DNA from: Candidatus Pacearchaeota archaeon
GTDB lineage: Archaea; Nanobdellota; Nanobdellia; Pacearchaeales; GW2011-AR1
DNA: 64,000 nucleotides
Assembly: GCA_038740375.1 (NCBI GenBank)
Contig: JAVYLW010000001.1
Coordinates: 11,530-75,529, forward strand
Direction: 5' to 3'
Of this stretch, positions 1 to 10,305 are shown piece after piece (the stretch's first letter is position 1; each line of letters starts with the position of its first letter). Position numbers and translations under genes: made by a program. A model generated the notes under the pieces. The model saw only the letters and a list, made by a program, of their open reading frames with translations, was not told the DNA's origin and searched no databases.

Positions 1-355
1 AACATCTACTTTAATAGATAGTATTCTCCTAAGTTCTCTTTCAGTTATTGACATAAATTAAATAAACAAAGTGGATTTATAAATTTTTCTAATTTTATAA
101 CTAAATAATTAATATAAATCGTACATAAAATAAAAATAAATTCATTAAATAAATAAAAAATTATTTATTAAAATAAGTGTACATAAAATTAAAATAATTT
201 TTAAAATAATCAATCACAAAAATTAATAGAATCTTAAAAAGGTATAATTTCAAAAAAATCATTAAAATTAAGTTTGTTTTGATATCTAATCTTAAAACGA
301 TAAAAATTTAAATTAATATATTAAAAATTCTAAAATATCTTAATCTATTAACAAA

Positions 356-1210
356 TTATTTTAATGTTTCTAATAAAGATCTTAAAGTGCTTATATCTTT
401 TGATAGTGAAGATTTTTTTTCTAAATCTTTTAATGCATCAATATATCTTTGAACTTTTGAAACAAGATTATTAAGTTCGTCTTTATCAGCAGCTCTTGAG
501 ATTTTATCTTTTAACAAATTAATATCTTTAATGGATTGTTCAACCAAAACCTTTAATTCCTGAATTTCAGAATTAAATGTGTCTATGTCTTGAAATTTTT
601 TTCTAATCTCGGAATAGAGTGTTTCAACCTTGTCAGTATTTATGCTAATTCTTGATTCTATTTTTTTAATTTCAATTAATTCTTGTTTTACTTCTTCAGA
701 CAATTTAACAATTTCTTCAACACCTCTAAAAAATTCTATTTTTCTCTTAGTTTCTTTTAGTTCTTCCATAACTCTATTCATAATAGATTCATTACCTTCT
801 AAATTTGCTTTAATAGCTTCTATTTTTGCATCTTGCTTTTGAACTTCAGTAGAAATCTTTTCAGGATGAACAGAATCTACTAAATCATAAGCTTTGATAG
901 CTTTTAATTCAATTTCTTGAATACTTTTATCTCTTTCAAGAATCATAGCTCTTAATTCACCTATTTGTTCAGAAATTCTGGCAAATCTGTCGCTAAAAGA
1001 TTTTCTAACTTCTTGAAATCCCTCAACATTAACCTTTAATCTATCAACTTCAGTAGCAAGTCTTACGATATCTGAACTAGCATTTTCAGAAACTTTTATT
1101 TCTTTAGAAATTTTTTTCTCTTCTTCTTTCTCAGCAGCTTCTTCTTCTTGAGCAGCTGCTATAGCTTGATCAATTTCACTTTCTTCTTTCTTTTTAAACA
1201 GATTGAACAT
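356..1210 (-). CDS. E/K-rich coiled-coil protein (N-terminus MFNLFKKK...), function unknown
   Basis: 284 aa ORF, heptad-like E/K/L/I periodicity throughout. No enzymatic motifs. Its N-terminal MF..FKKK..E..D motif is shared with ORF 29781..30413. Confidence 0.5.
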   Translation of the reverse strand: MFNLFKKKEESEIDQAIAAAQEEEAAEKEEEKKISKEIKVSENASSDIVRLATEVDRLKVNVEGFQEVRKSFSDRFARISEQIGELRAMILERDKSIQEIELKAIKAYDLVDSVHPEKISTEVQKQDAKIEAIKANLEGNESIMNRVMEELKETKRKIEFFRGVEEIVKLSEEVKQELIEIKKIESRISINTDKVETLYSEIRKKFQDIDTFNSEIQELKVLVEQSIKDINLLKDKISRAADKDELNNLVSKVQRYIDALKDLEKKSSLSKDISTLRSLLETLK

Positions 1211-1538
1211 TCAAAAGACCTCTTTCTATCTCTTTATATAAAGATAGAATATTTTTAAAATCATCTTTATGATAACTAATTAAGAAATATTTGATTTTAG
1301 AGTTTAAAAGACTCGTTTTAACTTCTTCACAAAAAACATCTTTTTTTTCTTTCTCAAGCCTTCTAATTTTTCTAATTAAGCTATAATGCATCATTTCAAG
1401 CTCGGTTTTTATAGAATATTTAAGCATTTCTACTTTTTCCTTAATGTCTTTTACTTTTTTAATTTTTTTCAAAGTTTTCTTATCAACAATTTTTTTTGCA
1501 AAATTAAAGAGTTTTTTTACATCTTTTTTATATTCCAT
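1194..1538 (-). CDS. small K/E-rich coiled-coil protein, hypothetical
   Basis: 114 aa ORF immediately upstream of and overlapping the 356..1210 ORF by 17 nt, suggesting co-transcription. Confidence 0.35.
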   Translation of the reverse strand: MEYKKDVKKLFNFAKKIVDKKTLKKIKKVKDIKEKVEMLKYSIKTELEMMHYSLIRKIRRLEKEKKDVFCEEVKTSLLNSKIKYFLISYHKDDFKNILSLYKEIERGLLNVQSV

Positions 1539-1942
1539 TTAATTTATTAGTAAATTATATTTATAACTTTTTCTTAGCAAAACAAGTTTATGAAAGAAAA
1601 TCCTTAAAAAAATCCTATATTAAATGTGAAATAATCCATCCACTAAAGTGGATGAACTGCGTCATTAGTATTTCTATATATTTAATGAGAAATACCTATA
1701 ATTCATCTGACCTCTTAAAAAAGCCGGATTTCTTTAAAGCTTCATAATTTATAATAATTATTTTATTTTAAGTATATAATTTTAAAATATTTTTTACGTA
1801 AAAATATAAATTTTGATTATTAAGAAAAAAACATATCCTTTTAATAGAAGAACAAATAATTTTAAACTTTCATCATAAATCTTGAATAAAACAGTAGTAA
1901 CATAAATATTTTAATTTTAATTAAATCTCTAAAAAAATTCTA

Positions 1943-4063
1943 TCACTTATTCTCGTTTTCAACAACTGGTTTTGAAGTCGCGATTTTTAAAGCAGCATTT
2001 TGTTCTGCAATTAATTTTTCCCTAGCTTTTTTTGCTTCTTCAATAGATTCTTTTACTTCTTCTTCAGATATTAATTGTATTTCTCTTTTTTTTGGTTTTT
2101 TTCCAATTTTTTCCCATTCTTTATTAACTCTAGGTGTCAAACCCTCTAGATAAATGTCAACAACAGAAAAACTTCCAGTCATAATTTTATCTTTAATAAG
2201 TTTTAATTCCATTTTTAAATCAAAAACATCAACATTTTCTTTTTCTAGTTGTTCAATTTGAAATTCTAAATCATCTACAATCTCATTGTATTTATTATAT
2301 TTTTCTAGTTCTTCATCAGGTAATCTTCTTGTGTTATGTAAAATAGGTCTAAAATTAATAAAATAAGGTTGTGCATGATTATAAGCAGGATTAACAAACA
2401 TTCCAACTCCGACTGAAGCTTTGACTAAAGACTTTAAAAAATCCTCTCCATATTTAGTCTTTATCCTATTTAAGTCACTTTCATCTCTAGTTCTCATCTG
2501 AATTTCAGTTGAAATATTCGCCTTAATCTCTCCAACAAAATCTGATAAAACTTGTGAAATTAATAAAACTCCAATTCCCCATTTTCTAAACTCTCTGCAC
2601 GCTCTTTCTACTTGTAAAAATCCTTCTCCACTTCCTCCAAATTTTGATAATAACCTATGAACTTCATCAAAAACTAATAACATTTTAAGTGTAGGAGATT
2701 CTTTTGGATCTGATCTAAATATCTGCCTTATAAAATTAGCAACAAAAAAATCAATATCTTTAGGTTCTAATTTATTTAAAGAAAAAATATTTATCTGTCC
2801 CGGTGTAGTATATTTGCTAATATCTATAATTTCTCTTGCATTAGTTATTTGTTTAACATTTCCTTTAAATGCTCTAGCATCACTTTCTTTTAATCCGAAA
2901 ATAGTATAATAAGACATCATTTTTTTATCAGTGCATTTTCTAAGCATTCCAGACCACTGCGCTGTAGGATCCATAACTATAACTGCAACATTATGTAAAA
3001 GACACTCTTCAACAATAACTTGAGCAGCAATTGACTTTCCTCCTCCAGTAGCACCTGCAACTATGCAATGTGTTGTTAACCTATTAGGATCAAAATAAGC
3101 AGGAATTTTTTTTTCAGCAATCTTTCCTAAAAATAGGAAATTAGGATCTTTTTTTGGAATAGCTTTTATGTCTAGTCTCATCTGATATTTTTGTTTTCTC
3201 TGAATACTTCTTCTTACAAAATAATAGATAAAAAATGCTAAAAATAACAATACAAACATTAATATCAGAAACCATACAGGAATAAATCCTAAAATAAGTT
3301 TGTTCATAAAAGACCTTCCTAATAAAAAAAATACTTTTGAAGATATAATTCTATTTTCAAATTCAAGATTAACTTGCATGATATAATAACCTTCCAAAAG
3401 ACCTTCAGGTAATTCGAATTCTTTTAACAATTGAAAAGAATTATAAATATCTCTTTTTTCAATACCTAATAAGTAAGTTTTATTATTATCATCTACTAAA
3501 TAATAACTAAAACTTGCATTTCTAATAACATCTCCTCCTAGTTTATTTACATTTATTTTAAAACTTATTGGCTTATCAAAAATAAATTTTGTTTTTAAAG
3601 ATTCAACAGATAAGACTATAGGAGGATTTTTACCAATTTCTTCAATAGTAATATTAACGGGAATTTCTTCTTTTAAAAATCCTCCTTTTAGATCAATAAA
3701 TCCGTAGTAATTTCCGACTTCTTTTCCAATAATTAAAAGATTAACTCTTGTTAAATTTCCAGGTTTTACTATAACTCCTGTAGATTCAAATTCAATTATA
3801 TTATTCAGACTTTCACTAATAGATAAGCTAACCTCTATTTCTCCACTCCCTTTATTTAGAATATCTATATTATCAAATACTATATCTTTAAGATATATTA
3901 CTCTTTCAATTTTACTTCTAGAAATATAATAATCATCTTTTTCAATTTTAGGTCCATAAGCAGAACCTTGAGACATTGTAGTCTTTAAATAAAATAAAGA
4001 TACAAATAGAAAAAAAATAAAAAGAAAAATTAATTTAATTAACTTATTTTCTTTTTGAAACAT
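1943..4063 (-). CDS. membrane-anchored HerA/FtsK-family (DUF87-like) P-loop ATPase with N-terminal extracellular domain
   Basis: N-terminal hydrophobic segment, about 250 aa predicted external domain and a second TM (ILGFIPVWFLILMFVLLFLAFFIYYF). Then Walker A (GATGGGKS) and a DEAH-like Walker B (LLVFDEVHRL) typical of the HerA/VirB4/FtsK clade. C-terminal coiled coil. Confidence 0.7.
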   Translation of the reverse strand: MFQKENKLIKLIFLFIFFLFVSLFYLKTTMSQGSAYGPKIEKDDYYISRSKIERVIYLKDIVFDNIDILNKGSGEIEVSLSISESLNNIIEFESTGVIVKPGNLTRVNLLIIGKEVGNYYGFIDLKGGFLKEEIPVNITIEEIGKNPPIVLSVESLKTKFIFDKPISFKINVNKLGGDVIRNASFSYYLVDDNNKTYLLGIEKRDIYNSFQLLKEFELPEGLLEGYYIMQVNLEFENRIISSKVFFLLGRSFMNKLILGFIPVWFLILMFVLLFLAFFIYYFVRRSIQRKQKYQMRLDIKAIPKKDPNFLFLGKIAEKKIPAYFDPNRLTTHCIVAGATGGGKSIAAQVIVEECLLHNVAVIVMDPTAQWSGMLRKCTDKKMMSYYTIFGLKESDARAFKGNVKQITNAREIIDISKYTTPGQINIFSLNKLEPKDIDFFVANFIRQIFRSDPKESPTLKMLLVFDEVHRLLSKFGGSGEGFLQVERACREFRKWGIGVLLISQVLSDFVGEIKANISTEIQMRTRDESDLNRIKTKYGEDFLKSLVKASVGVGMFVNPAYNHAQPYFINFRPILHNTRRLPDEELEKYNKYNEIVDDLEFQIEQLEKENVDVFDLKMELKLIKDKIMTGSFSVVDIYLEGLTPRVNKEWEKIGKKPKKREIQLISEEEVKESIEEAKKAREKLIAEQNAALKIATSKPVVENENK

Positions 4064-4064
4064 T

Positions 4065-6164
4065 CTATTTTACCTCTTTTTTTATTTCTTCTTTTTTATT
4101 ATTTTCATTACTATTAATTTCTTTTGCATTATTCTTTTCCTTAGAAATAAACTCTAAGTTCATTTTATCTTTATTATCTGAGGATTTTTCTTCATTAATC
4201 TCTTTTTTATTTTCTAAACTTTCTTTTTTTTCTTCTTTTATATTTTCATTTATAGTGTCTTTTTTTTCAACATCTTCTTTTGCAGACTCTTTTTTGTCCT
4301 TTTTTTCTTCTTTTATATTTTCATTTATAGTGTCTTTTTTTTCAACATCTTCTTTTGCAGACTCTTTTTTGTCCTCTTTTTCTTCTTTATTTTTAATTAG
4401 TCCACTTTCTTCCATCTCCTCTTTTAATTTGTCTGAAAATTTTTTCATTTCTTCCTTTAATTTTTCTTTATCTTTAATAGTATTTCTAGAAATAGGTTCT
4501 CCATACATTGTTTTTATTTTAATATAAAGTTCTACTGCTTTATCAAATTTACCTTCTTTAATTAAATTTTTAAGTTCATTTAAAATAAGATATAAATTTA
4601 AAAGTCTCTCTTTTCTTTTTTCATCTTTATATTTCAAAATCAATATTAATGCAAGTATTGAAAGAAAAATAATTAATATAAAAATAGAATATGTCTTTAA
4701 CAAAGAAGCAAATCTAAACCTCACTCCAACAAAGAAATCATCAGAGTCTATAGCAATTGAATTTTCCCTTGATAGTCTTGCATAAAATATATACTCTCCT
4801 TCGCTTGCCTCGTTAGGAATAACTAATTCTCTTTCTAAAGATAAAAAAGAATTTAGATTAACAGACTCTTCATTAGAATTATATAACACTCCGTTTAAAT
4901 TTTTAATTGCATAGTATAAAGTAACATTATTTTGAGGGTTATCCTTTAAATTCCTCATACTAATATTTGCTTTAACAATATTCCCAGGTCTAACAACCTT
5001 ATACTTATCAGAAATATTAACATCTATAAAAAAGTCTAAATTCAAAAGATTTATATCTAATATTATTGGAATTTCAAGAGACTCTACAGAGTCTATTCTG
5101 ATACTTCCAAAATATTCTTCAGGAGTAGCATTAATTCCAGCACTAAAATCAACTGTAATTTTTTTAGTTTCTCCTCCAGCAAGGCTAAATGAAGTATCAC
5201 TTAATTTAACATAATCTGATAATCCAAATACAGAAAGATTAAAAGTAAGATTAGTATTTCCTGTATTAGTTATTTTTAGTAATCTTGTTTCAGTAGAACC
5301 TTGTTTAATCGAGACTTTGAAATAATAAGGATCTGCACTAAAACTCTTAACTTTCTTTGATGGAACACTTTCAGAAACAAATGCTCCAGCAATTCCGCTA
5401 ATCGCTCCTAAAATAGGAGGTGGAATCTTGCTAGGAGGCGGAGAAGGAATACTTTTATTTGAAACATTAAATGTCTGCCAATCAGTGCAATTCATATTAT
5501 CATTAGTATCCCATGCACAAAAATACCAATAAATAACAGTAAATTCTGGATCTATGATTTGAACGCTATATGTAGAAAAATTCTCAACACCGCTAAAAAA
5601 ATCAGAATAATTTGTCCAAACTCCTGCTTGTCTAATAGAAAAAATATAATGGGAAAGTTGATAATTATCTGTCCAATGTGTAGTAAAATTAACATAGTCG
5701 CTCTGATAAATAACATTTTTGTTTTTTTTAGGATCATACCATTTAGGAGGTTCTCTATCTGATCCAACAACTAAATAAACTAAATTACTACTAGTATTAT
5801 ATAAAAGATTACTTGCAATAAATGTAACTGTTCTATTTCCAAAGAAATCAAAATCTGGAACAAATGAAACATTATAGTCTGAATCTATTATTATAGTTAT
5901 ATTTTCTAAATAAGAATGACTAAAATTAAGATTCCTTTCACCATCCCCATTAATAAAATAATCATATAGATTAAATGCATTAGAAAGAGTTGTATTTGGT
6001 TTCCAAGAAAAATTAGGTATTGGTTTAATTAATATAGGCGGACCTATAGTCACGTTCAAAAGAGAAGTTACATTTTGAGCACTTATATCAAATAAAAATA
6101 TTAAAATAAGAATTAAAATAATAGACATTACAAATATAACTTTTACCTCTTTTGAAACTTCCAT
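4065..6164 (-). CDS. surface glycoprotein-like protein (signal peptide, many N-x-S/T sequons, C-terminal TM anchor, repetitive K/E-rich cytoplasmic tail)
   Basis: 699 aa. N-terminal hydrophobic leader and TM (IFILIIFLSILALILIL) about 170 aa from the C-terminus. The tail contains a duplicated 23-aa unit. The stop abuts the start of the ATPase gene (4063/4065). Confidence 0.6.
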   Translation of the reverse strand: MEVSKEVKVIFVMSIILILILIFLFDISAQNVTSLLNVTIGPPILIKPIPNFSWKPNTTLSNAFNLYDYFINGDGERNLNFSHSYLENITIIIDSDYNVSFVPDFDFFGNRTVTFIASNLLYNTSSNLVYLVVGSDREPPKWYDPKKNKNVIYQSDYVNFTTHWTDNYQLSHYIFSIRQAGVWTNYSDFFSGVENFSTYSVQIIDPEFTVIYWYFCAWDTNDNMNCTDWQTFNVSNKSIPSPPPSKIPPPILGAISGIAGAFVSESVPSKKVKSFSADPYYFKVSIKQGSTETRLLKITNTGNTNLTFNLSVFGLSDYVKLSDTSFSLAGGETKKITVDFSAGINATPEEYFGSIRIDSVESLEIPIILDINLLNLDFFIDVNISDKYKVVRPGNIVKANISMRNLKDNPQNNVTLYYAIKNLNGVLYNSNEESVNLNSFLSLERELVIPNEASEGEYIFYARLSRENSIAIDSDDFFVGVRFRFASLLKTYSIFILIIFLSILALILILKYKDEKRKERLLNLYLILNELKNLIKEGKFDKAVELYIKIKTMYGEPISRNTIKDKEKLKEEMKKFSDKLKEEMEESGLIKNKEEKEDKKESAKEDVEKKDTINENIKEEKKDKKESAKEDVEKKDTINENIKEEKKESLENKKEINEEKSSDNKDKMNLEFISKEKNNAKEINSNENNKKEEIKKEVK
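4244..4381. repeat. intragenic tandem duplication (about 69 bp x2) encoding EEKKDKKESAKEDVEKKDTINENIK twice
   Basis: Near-identical DNA blocks at about 4244-4312 and 4313-4381. They correspond to the repeated peptide in the tail of ORF 4065..6164. Confidence 0.8.
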
Positions 6165-6410
6165 GATATAATATCATAAGTTATAATTTATATATCTTGT
6201 TGAACAAGAATTTAAGGAATTTAAAGTTATATAAATCAAAATTTATTTTTCATCAACTCTTTATTTAATTCTTTATTTAATAAATCTGCATGCATAACCA
6301 ATTTTTGTAAATATTTTAAAAATATACAAATTTATTCAAAATTATTCTAAACATTCTTATTAAAAGTTTTAACTAGAAACATTTATAAATACCTAAATAG
6401 TACTTAATTT

Positions 6411-6635
6411 ATGCTAAAAGAGGAACTAAAAAATACTGAAAAAGGTTCTAAAAAAATAAAGGCTAGAACAGTAACTGTAAAAGGAACTATAACAAAAAAT
6501 CAAAGAAAAGTTATTCAAAAATTAATAGGTCTGCTTGGAAGTAATGAACAAGATGTTGTAGGAAAAATATTAACCTTATGGCTTTATAATGAAGGATTTT
6601 TAAAAGCTAAAGAAGGAGGAAAAAGAATGATATGA
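6411..6635 (+). CDS. small basic protein, hypothetical
   Basis: 74 aa ORF whose stop overlaps the start of the giant surface protein gene (ATGA overlap at 6632). No recognisable domain. Confidence 0.3.
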   Translation: MLKEELKNTEKGSKKIKARTVTVKGTITKNQRKVIQKLIGLLGSNEQDVVGKILTLWLYNEGFLKAKEGGKRMI

Positions 6636-9600
6636 AAAAAATAATGATTTCAATAATAATAGCATTAATACTTTTTTCCCATATAAGTGCATCAGAAGAA
6701 GAGGAAAATATTCCAAAAATAAATAATCTAGAAAGTTTAAATTTAGAAAATAACATTACTGAAAATCCGATTATTGCAAACATTATAGAAGATATCTTAA
6801 TTGAAAACAATATAACAACATTTAATCAAAATAAAGATTTCTCAAATGATGACAAAACAAACATAAAAATAAATGAAACTATAATAACTCAAAATGAAAA
6901 AAATGAAACAGAAATGTCAGAAAATTCAGATACACCCAACAATTATAGTGAAGAAAATGAAAATTTAAGAATTATACACAAAAATATAACGGAAAGTGAA
7001 GAGTCAGAAAATTTAAAGGAAAGTCTAGAAGAAGAAAAAGATTTAGGTAATGAAAAAGAAAATCAAGAGAATAATGCTCTCATCCGAAACAACCAACGAG
7101 ATTCTGAAGAAGGAGGATATAACTACAATTATTTGTTCTTAACAAATATAAGTAATAACTCTATTTCTAATCCTCCTTCTCAGGATCATAATGAAAATGA
7201 AAAAGAAATAAAAAATCTTCAAGAAAAAATTTTTACAAAATGTATATTAAAAGAAAATCCGAATAATGGTTATGAAGGAATTTTATCAGGATGTAATAAT
7301 ATAATATTAGAAATTAATGAGATAAATGAAAATGAAAAAGAAATAAAAATAAGCTCTGAAGATGAAATAAACGAACCTTTTACAATATTCTTAGAAGTAC
7401 CAAAAATAAAAGATATTAATTCGTTAAAGATATTTTGGATAAATAATAATAAAGAAATAAGTGAAAAAAATTTTGAAGATATAGATTCAGATGGATATTA
7501 TGAAAAAGTTCTTTGGACAATTCCTCATTTGTCTAATCAGTATTACAAAATTATTTTTAATTTTACAAGAATAGAAAACAATGAAAAAAACAAAATGGAA
7601 TTAAATATAATATCTCCTTTAAATGAATCAGTATTGCAAAATCCAATACAGTTTATTTTTAATATTAGTTATTATAATTTAACAAATTTAGAGTGTAGTT
7701 TTTCAATTGACAACATTTTAAGTCTAGAAACAATAGGTATAGGATTAGAAAATTTAAGTATAACTTGGCCTGAAAATTTAGAAAATGGAAATCATGAATG
7801 GACATTTTTATGTAAAGATAAATCAAATGATAATATTAAGGATTCTATCTCAGGCAATTTCATAGTAAATGAAAATTTTTCAATAAATCCTTACAAAAAA
7901 GTATATTTTCTTGGAGAAAATGTATCTGTAAAAATATATTCTAAAAATAACACTTATATAGAATTAATCAACCCTAATAATATAAGAATTTACAACCAAA
8001 CATTATCAGGAATATATCCAAAAGAAATAAATCTAACAAGCACAAATTTTACCTTACCAGGAAAATATAAAATAAATATAACTACTGATTATTTTGCAAA
8101 ACCTTACTCATTGACAGAAGAAGTTAATTTAATAGAAATAAATTTTACCTCTAACAAAAAAAATTTAACAAGAGGAGAATTTATTGATTTTCAAATAATG
8201 ATAAACTCTCCTATTCCTAATTTTTGTTATTTTTTGTATTTTGGAGATAATAATCAAACAAACGAGTGTGTATTATCAAATTCATTACAAAAATCAATAA
8301 CATATGCTTATAAAAATCAAGGATTATATAATCCGAAATTAGAAATTAGAATAGACTCTATAAATCTAACCTTCAATATATCTGCAATTAATGTAACAAA
8401 CGTTATTGATACAGAAAATCCTATTATAACTCTATTAAACCCAAATGAAGATGCATATCTTAAAAATAATTCTGTAATTTTTTCTTATAAAGCAAAAGAT
8501 AATGTAAAAATCAGTAACTGCACATTCAGTTTGTATGAAGCTGTAGGAAATTACTGGAGTTATACTTATAATGAAAATAGTTTAATAAAAAGAATTATTA
8601 ATTCAACAATAACAAATGACGAAATAATACAGATTCAGATAAATTCTCTTCCAGAGAAAAACTATATATGGGAAGTAAATTGTTCTGATAATTCAACAAA
8701 TATTAATAAAAACTGGAGATTTTTCACAATTAATCTTTCAGAAAATTCTATAGGCACATCCTCAACAACAACTCAAATTTCAAATCAAAATAATTCTTAT
8801 AACATTAGTTATGAACAAAAACAAGAAGTTGAAAATGTTATTAATCTTTTAAATGATTTTTTAGAAAAACAAGAGAATTACACATTAGACCAAAAACAAG
8901 TATTAGAAGATCTTGAAATATCAAAAAATTTAAATTATTTCAAAAAAAGATTAATTCAAATAAGCCAAGATTTTTCTTATAATTTAGAGAATATCAAAGA
9001 TTCTAATTTAAAAGAACAAAGAAAACAAGAATTAATACAAGAATTTCAAAATATAAGCTTGCAAATACCTTTAGATTTAGAGATTATAAATCAAAAAGAG
9101 TTTATTAAAAATAGTTTATCTTTAGAATTAAAAACATTTATAAAAAATTATCTAAGTTTATATAACTTATTTTTTAAAGATTCTGAATTAAAAAAATTAG
9201 CTGAAGAAAATTTCAAAATACAAAATGATTTAGAAGTTTTAACAAATGTAAAACAAATTAGAATAAAGTATATAAATAAAACAATTGAAGAAACACTAGT
9301 TACAAAAAATATTAAAATAAAAAATGAGAGTTATGAAAAAATTTTAGAGGTTTTTCCAAAAGAAATTTATGAAAAATATAAAATAGAATTCTTAACTCCA
9401 AATGAAGAAGTAAATAATTCAGGAATATATGAGATAAATACAAATGATATAGAAAACAATAAAATTGTATACCTAATAAAAGAGCTTGTTGATTTAAAAG
9501 AATTAGAAAAAATAGATACTCTTTTATATAAAGAATTTATTATTAAAAAAAATAATAAAATAACAGGTTATTCTGTTTTAGAAATAAATTTTAGTAAATG

Positions 9601-10039
9601 GTCTTATTATATCACATTCTTATTTTTATTTGTAGTTGTTTTATATCTTTTAATATCATTATCTAAAAGTAGAAAAATTAAAAAATGGAAAAAACAAGAA
9701 GCTGCAAAAAAACTATTTTCTTTAATAAATCAAAGTAAAAAAATGATGAAAGAAAAAGAAATAGAAAATTTAAGAGATAACTACCATAAAATAAAAGAAT
9801 TATATCAGCAAGTTCCAAATGCATGTAAAAAATATGTTTATAAAGAAATTAAAAAAATTCAAGAATTTATAGATAAAAAAGAAATAGAAGAATTAATTAA
9901 AGAATTAGAAATCGCAAAAAAAGAGAGAAGAATTGAAGATGCAAAAAGAATATATGAAAGAATAAAAAGTGATTATTCAAGATTGCCAAAAAAAGAAAAG
10001 AAAAAAATAAATAACAAATTTTTTAAAAAAAAGATATAA
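6632..10039 (+). CDS. giant surface protein (signal peptide, N-glycosylation-sequon-rich ectodomain, C-terminal TM anchor, lysine-rich tail)
   Basis: 1135 aa. Hydrophobic leader MKKIMISIIIALILF. Very N/S/T-rich with dozens of NxS/T sequons. TM WSYYITFLFLFVVVLYLLISL near the C-terminus, followed by a K/E-rich coiled-coil tail. Confidence 0.6.
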   Translation: MKKIMISIIIALILFSHISASEEEENIPKINNLESLNLENNITENPIIANIIEDILIENNITTFNQNKDFSNDDKTNIKINETIITQNEKNETEMSENSDTPNNYSEENENLRIIHKNITESEESENLKESLEEEKDLGNEKENQENNALIRNNQRDSEEGGYNYNYLFLTNISNNSISNPPSQDHNENEKEIKNLQEKIFTKCILKENPNNGYEGILSGCNNIILEINEINENEKEIKISSEDEINEPFTIFLEVPKIKDINSLKIFWINNNKEISEKNFEDIDSDGYYEKVLWTIPHLSNQYYKIIFNFTRIENNEKNKMELNIISPLNESVLQNPIQFIFNISYYNLTNLECSFSIDNILSLETIGIGLENLSITWPENLENGNHEWTFLCKDKSNDNIKDSISGNFIVNENFSINPYKKVYFLGENVSVKIYSKNNTYIELINPNNIRIYNQTLSGIYPKEINLTSTNFTLPGKYKINITTDYFAKPYSLTEEVNLIEINFTSNKKNLTRGEFIDFQIMINSPIPNFCYFLYFGDNNQTNECVLSNSLQKSITYAYKNQGLYNPKLEIRIDSINLTFNISAINVTNVIDTENPIITLLNPNEDAYLKNNSVIFSYKAKDNVKISNCTFSLYEAVGNYWSYTYNENSLIKRIINSTITNDEIIQIQINSLPEKNYIWEVNCSDNSTNINKNWRFFTINLSENSIGTSSTTTQISNQNNSYNISYEQKQEVENVINLLNDFLEKQENYTLDQKQVLEDLEISKNLNYFKKRLIQISQDFSYNLENIKDSNLKEQRKQELIQEFQNISLQIPLDLEIINQKEFIKNSLSLELKTFIKNYLSLYNLFFKDSELKKLAEENFKIQNDLEVLTNVKQIRIKYINKTIEETLVTKNIKIKNESYEKILEVFPKEIYEKYKIEFLTPNEEVNNSGIYEINTNDIENNKIVYLIKELVDLKELEKIDTLLYKEFIIKKNNKITGYSVLEINFSKWSYYITFLFLFVVVLYLLISLSKSRKIKKWKKQEAAKKLFSLINQSKKMMKEKEIENLRDNYHKIKELYQQVPNACKKYVYKEIKKIQEFIDKKEIEELIKELEIAKKERRIEDAKRIYERIKSDYSRLPKKEKKKINNKFFKKKI

Positions 10040-10305
10040 ATATTTTATAAAATGAAATCTTCTCCACACTAAAATGCAGAGTTTCCTAGATTATTATATG
10101 CTGACAACATCTATTTGAACAAAAAGTAAGGATTAAATTAATAAACATTAAGAAAATACTGTTTTTAACCAGACTGTCTCCATACTCTATATAACACACC
10201 TATTCAAATCTATCTTTAAATACTTCAATTAGTCTTCTTGCCAATTCAAAGAAAAATAATAAACATCATCTCTAGAGATATTACAACAAATAATTTATAC
10301 CAGGA

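Noticed and set aside
356-1210. PspA/Vipp1/ESCRT-III identity for the MFNLFKKK coiled-coil protein
   Set aside because: Only the very N-terminal MxxFxxK pattern and the overall coiled-coil character resemble that superfamily. The conserved downstream helices could not be aligned by eye.
1943-4063. Assignment of the membrane ATPase to the crenarchaeal Ced/Ted DNA-import system (CedB)
   Set aside because: CedB-like topology is similar. But no CedA-type polytopic channel protein or small CedA1/A2 partners are adjacent, and the ATPase here has a large extracellular domain. This is kept only as an analogy.
10040-10305. Moderately GC-richer 260-bp spacer before the TctA-like gene as a structured ncRNA (SRP or RNase P fragment)
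   Set aside because: No convincing long-range helices or conserved boxes could be found by eye. It is too short for RNase P, and the SRP domain IV motif was not recognised.
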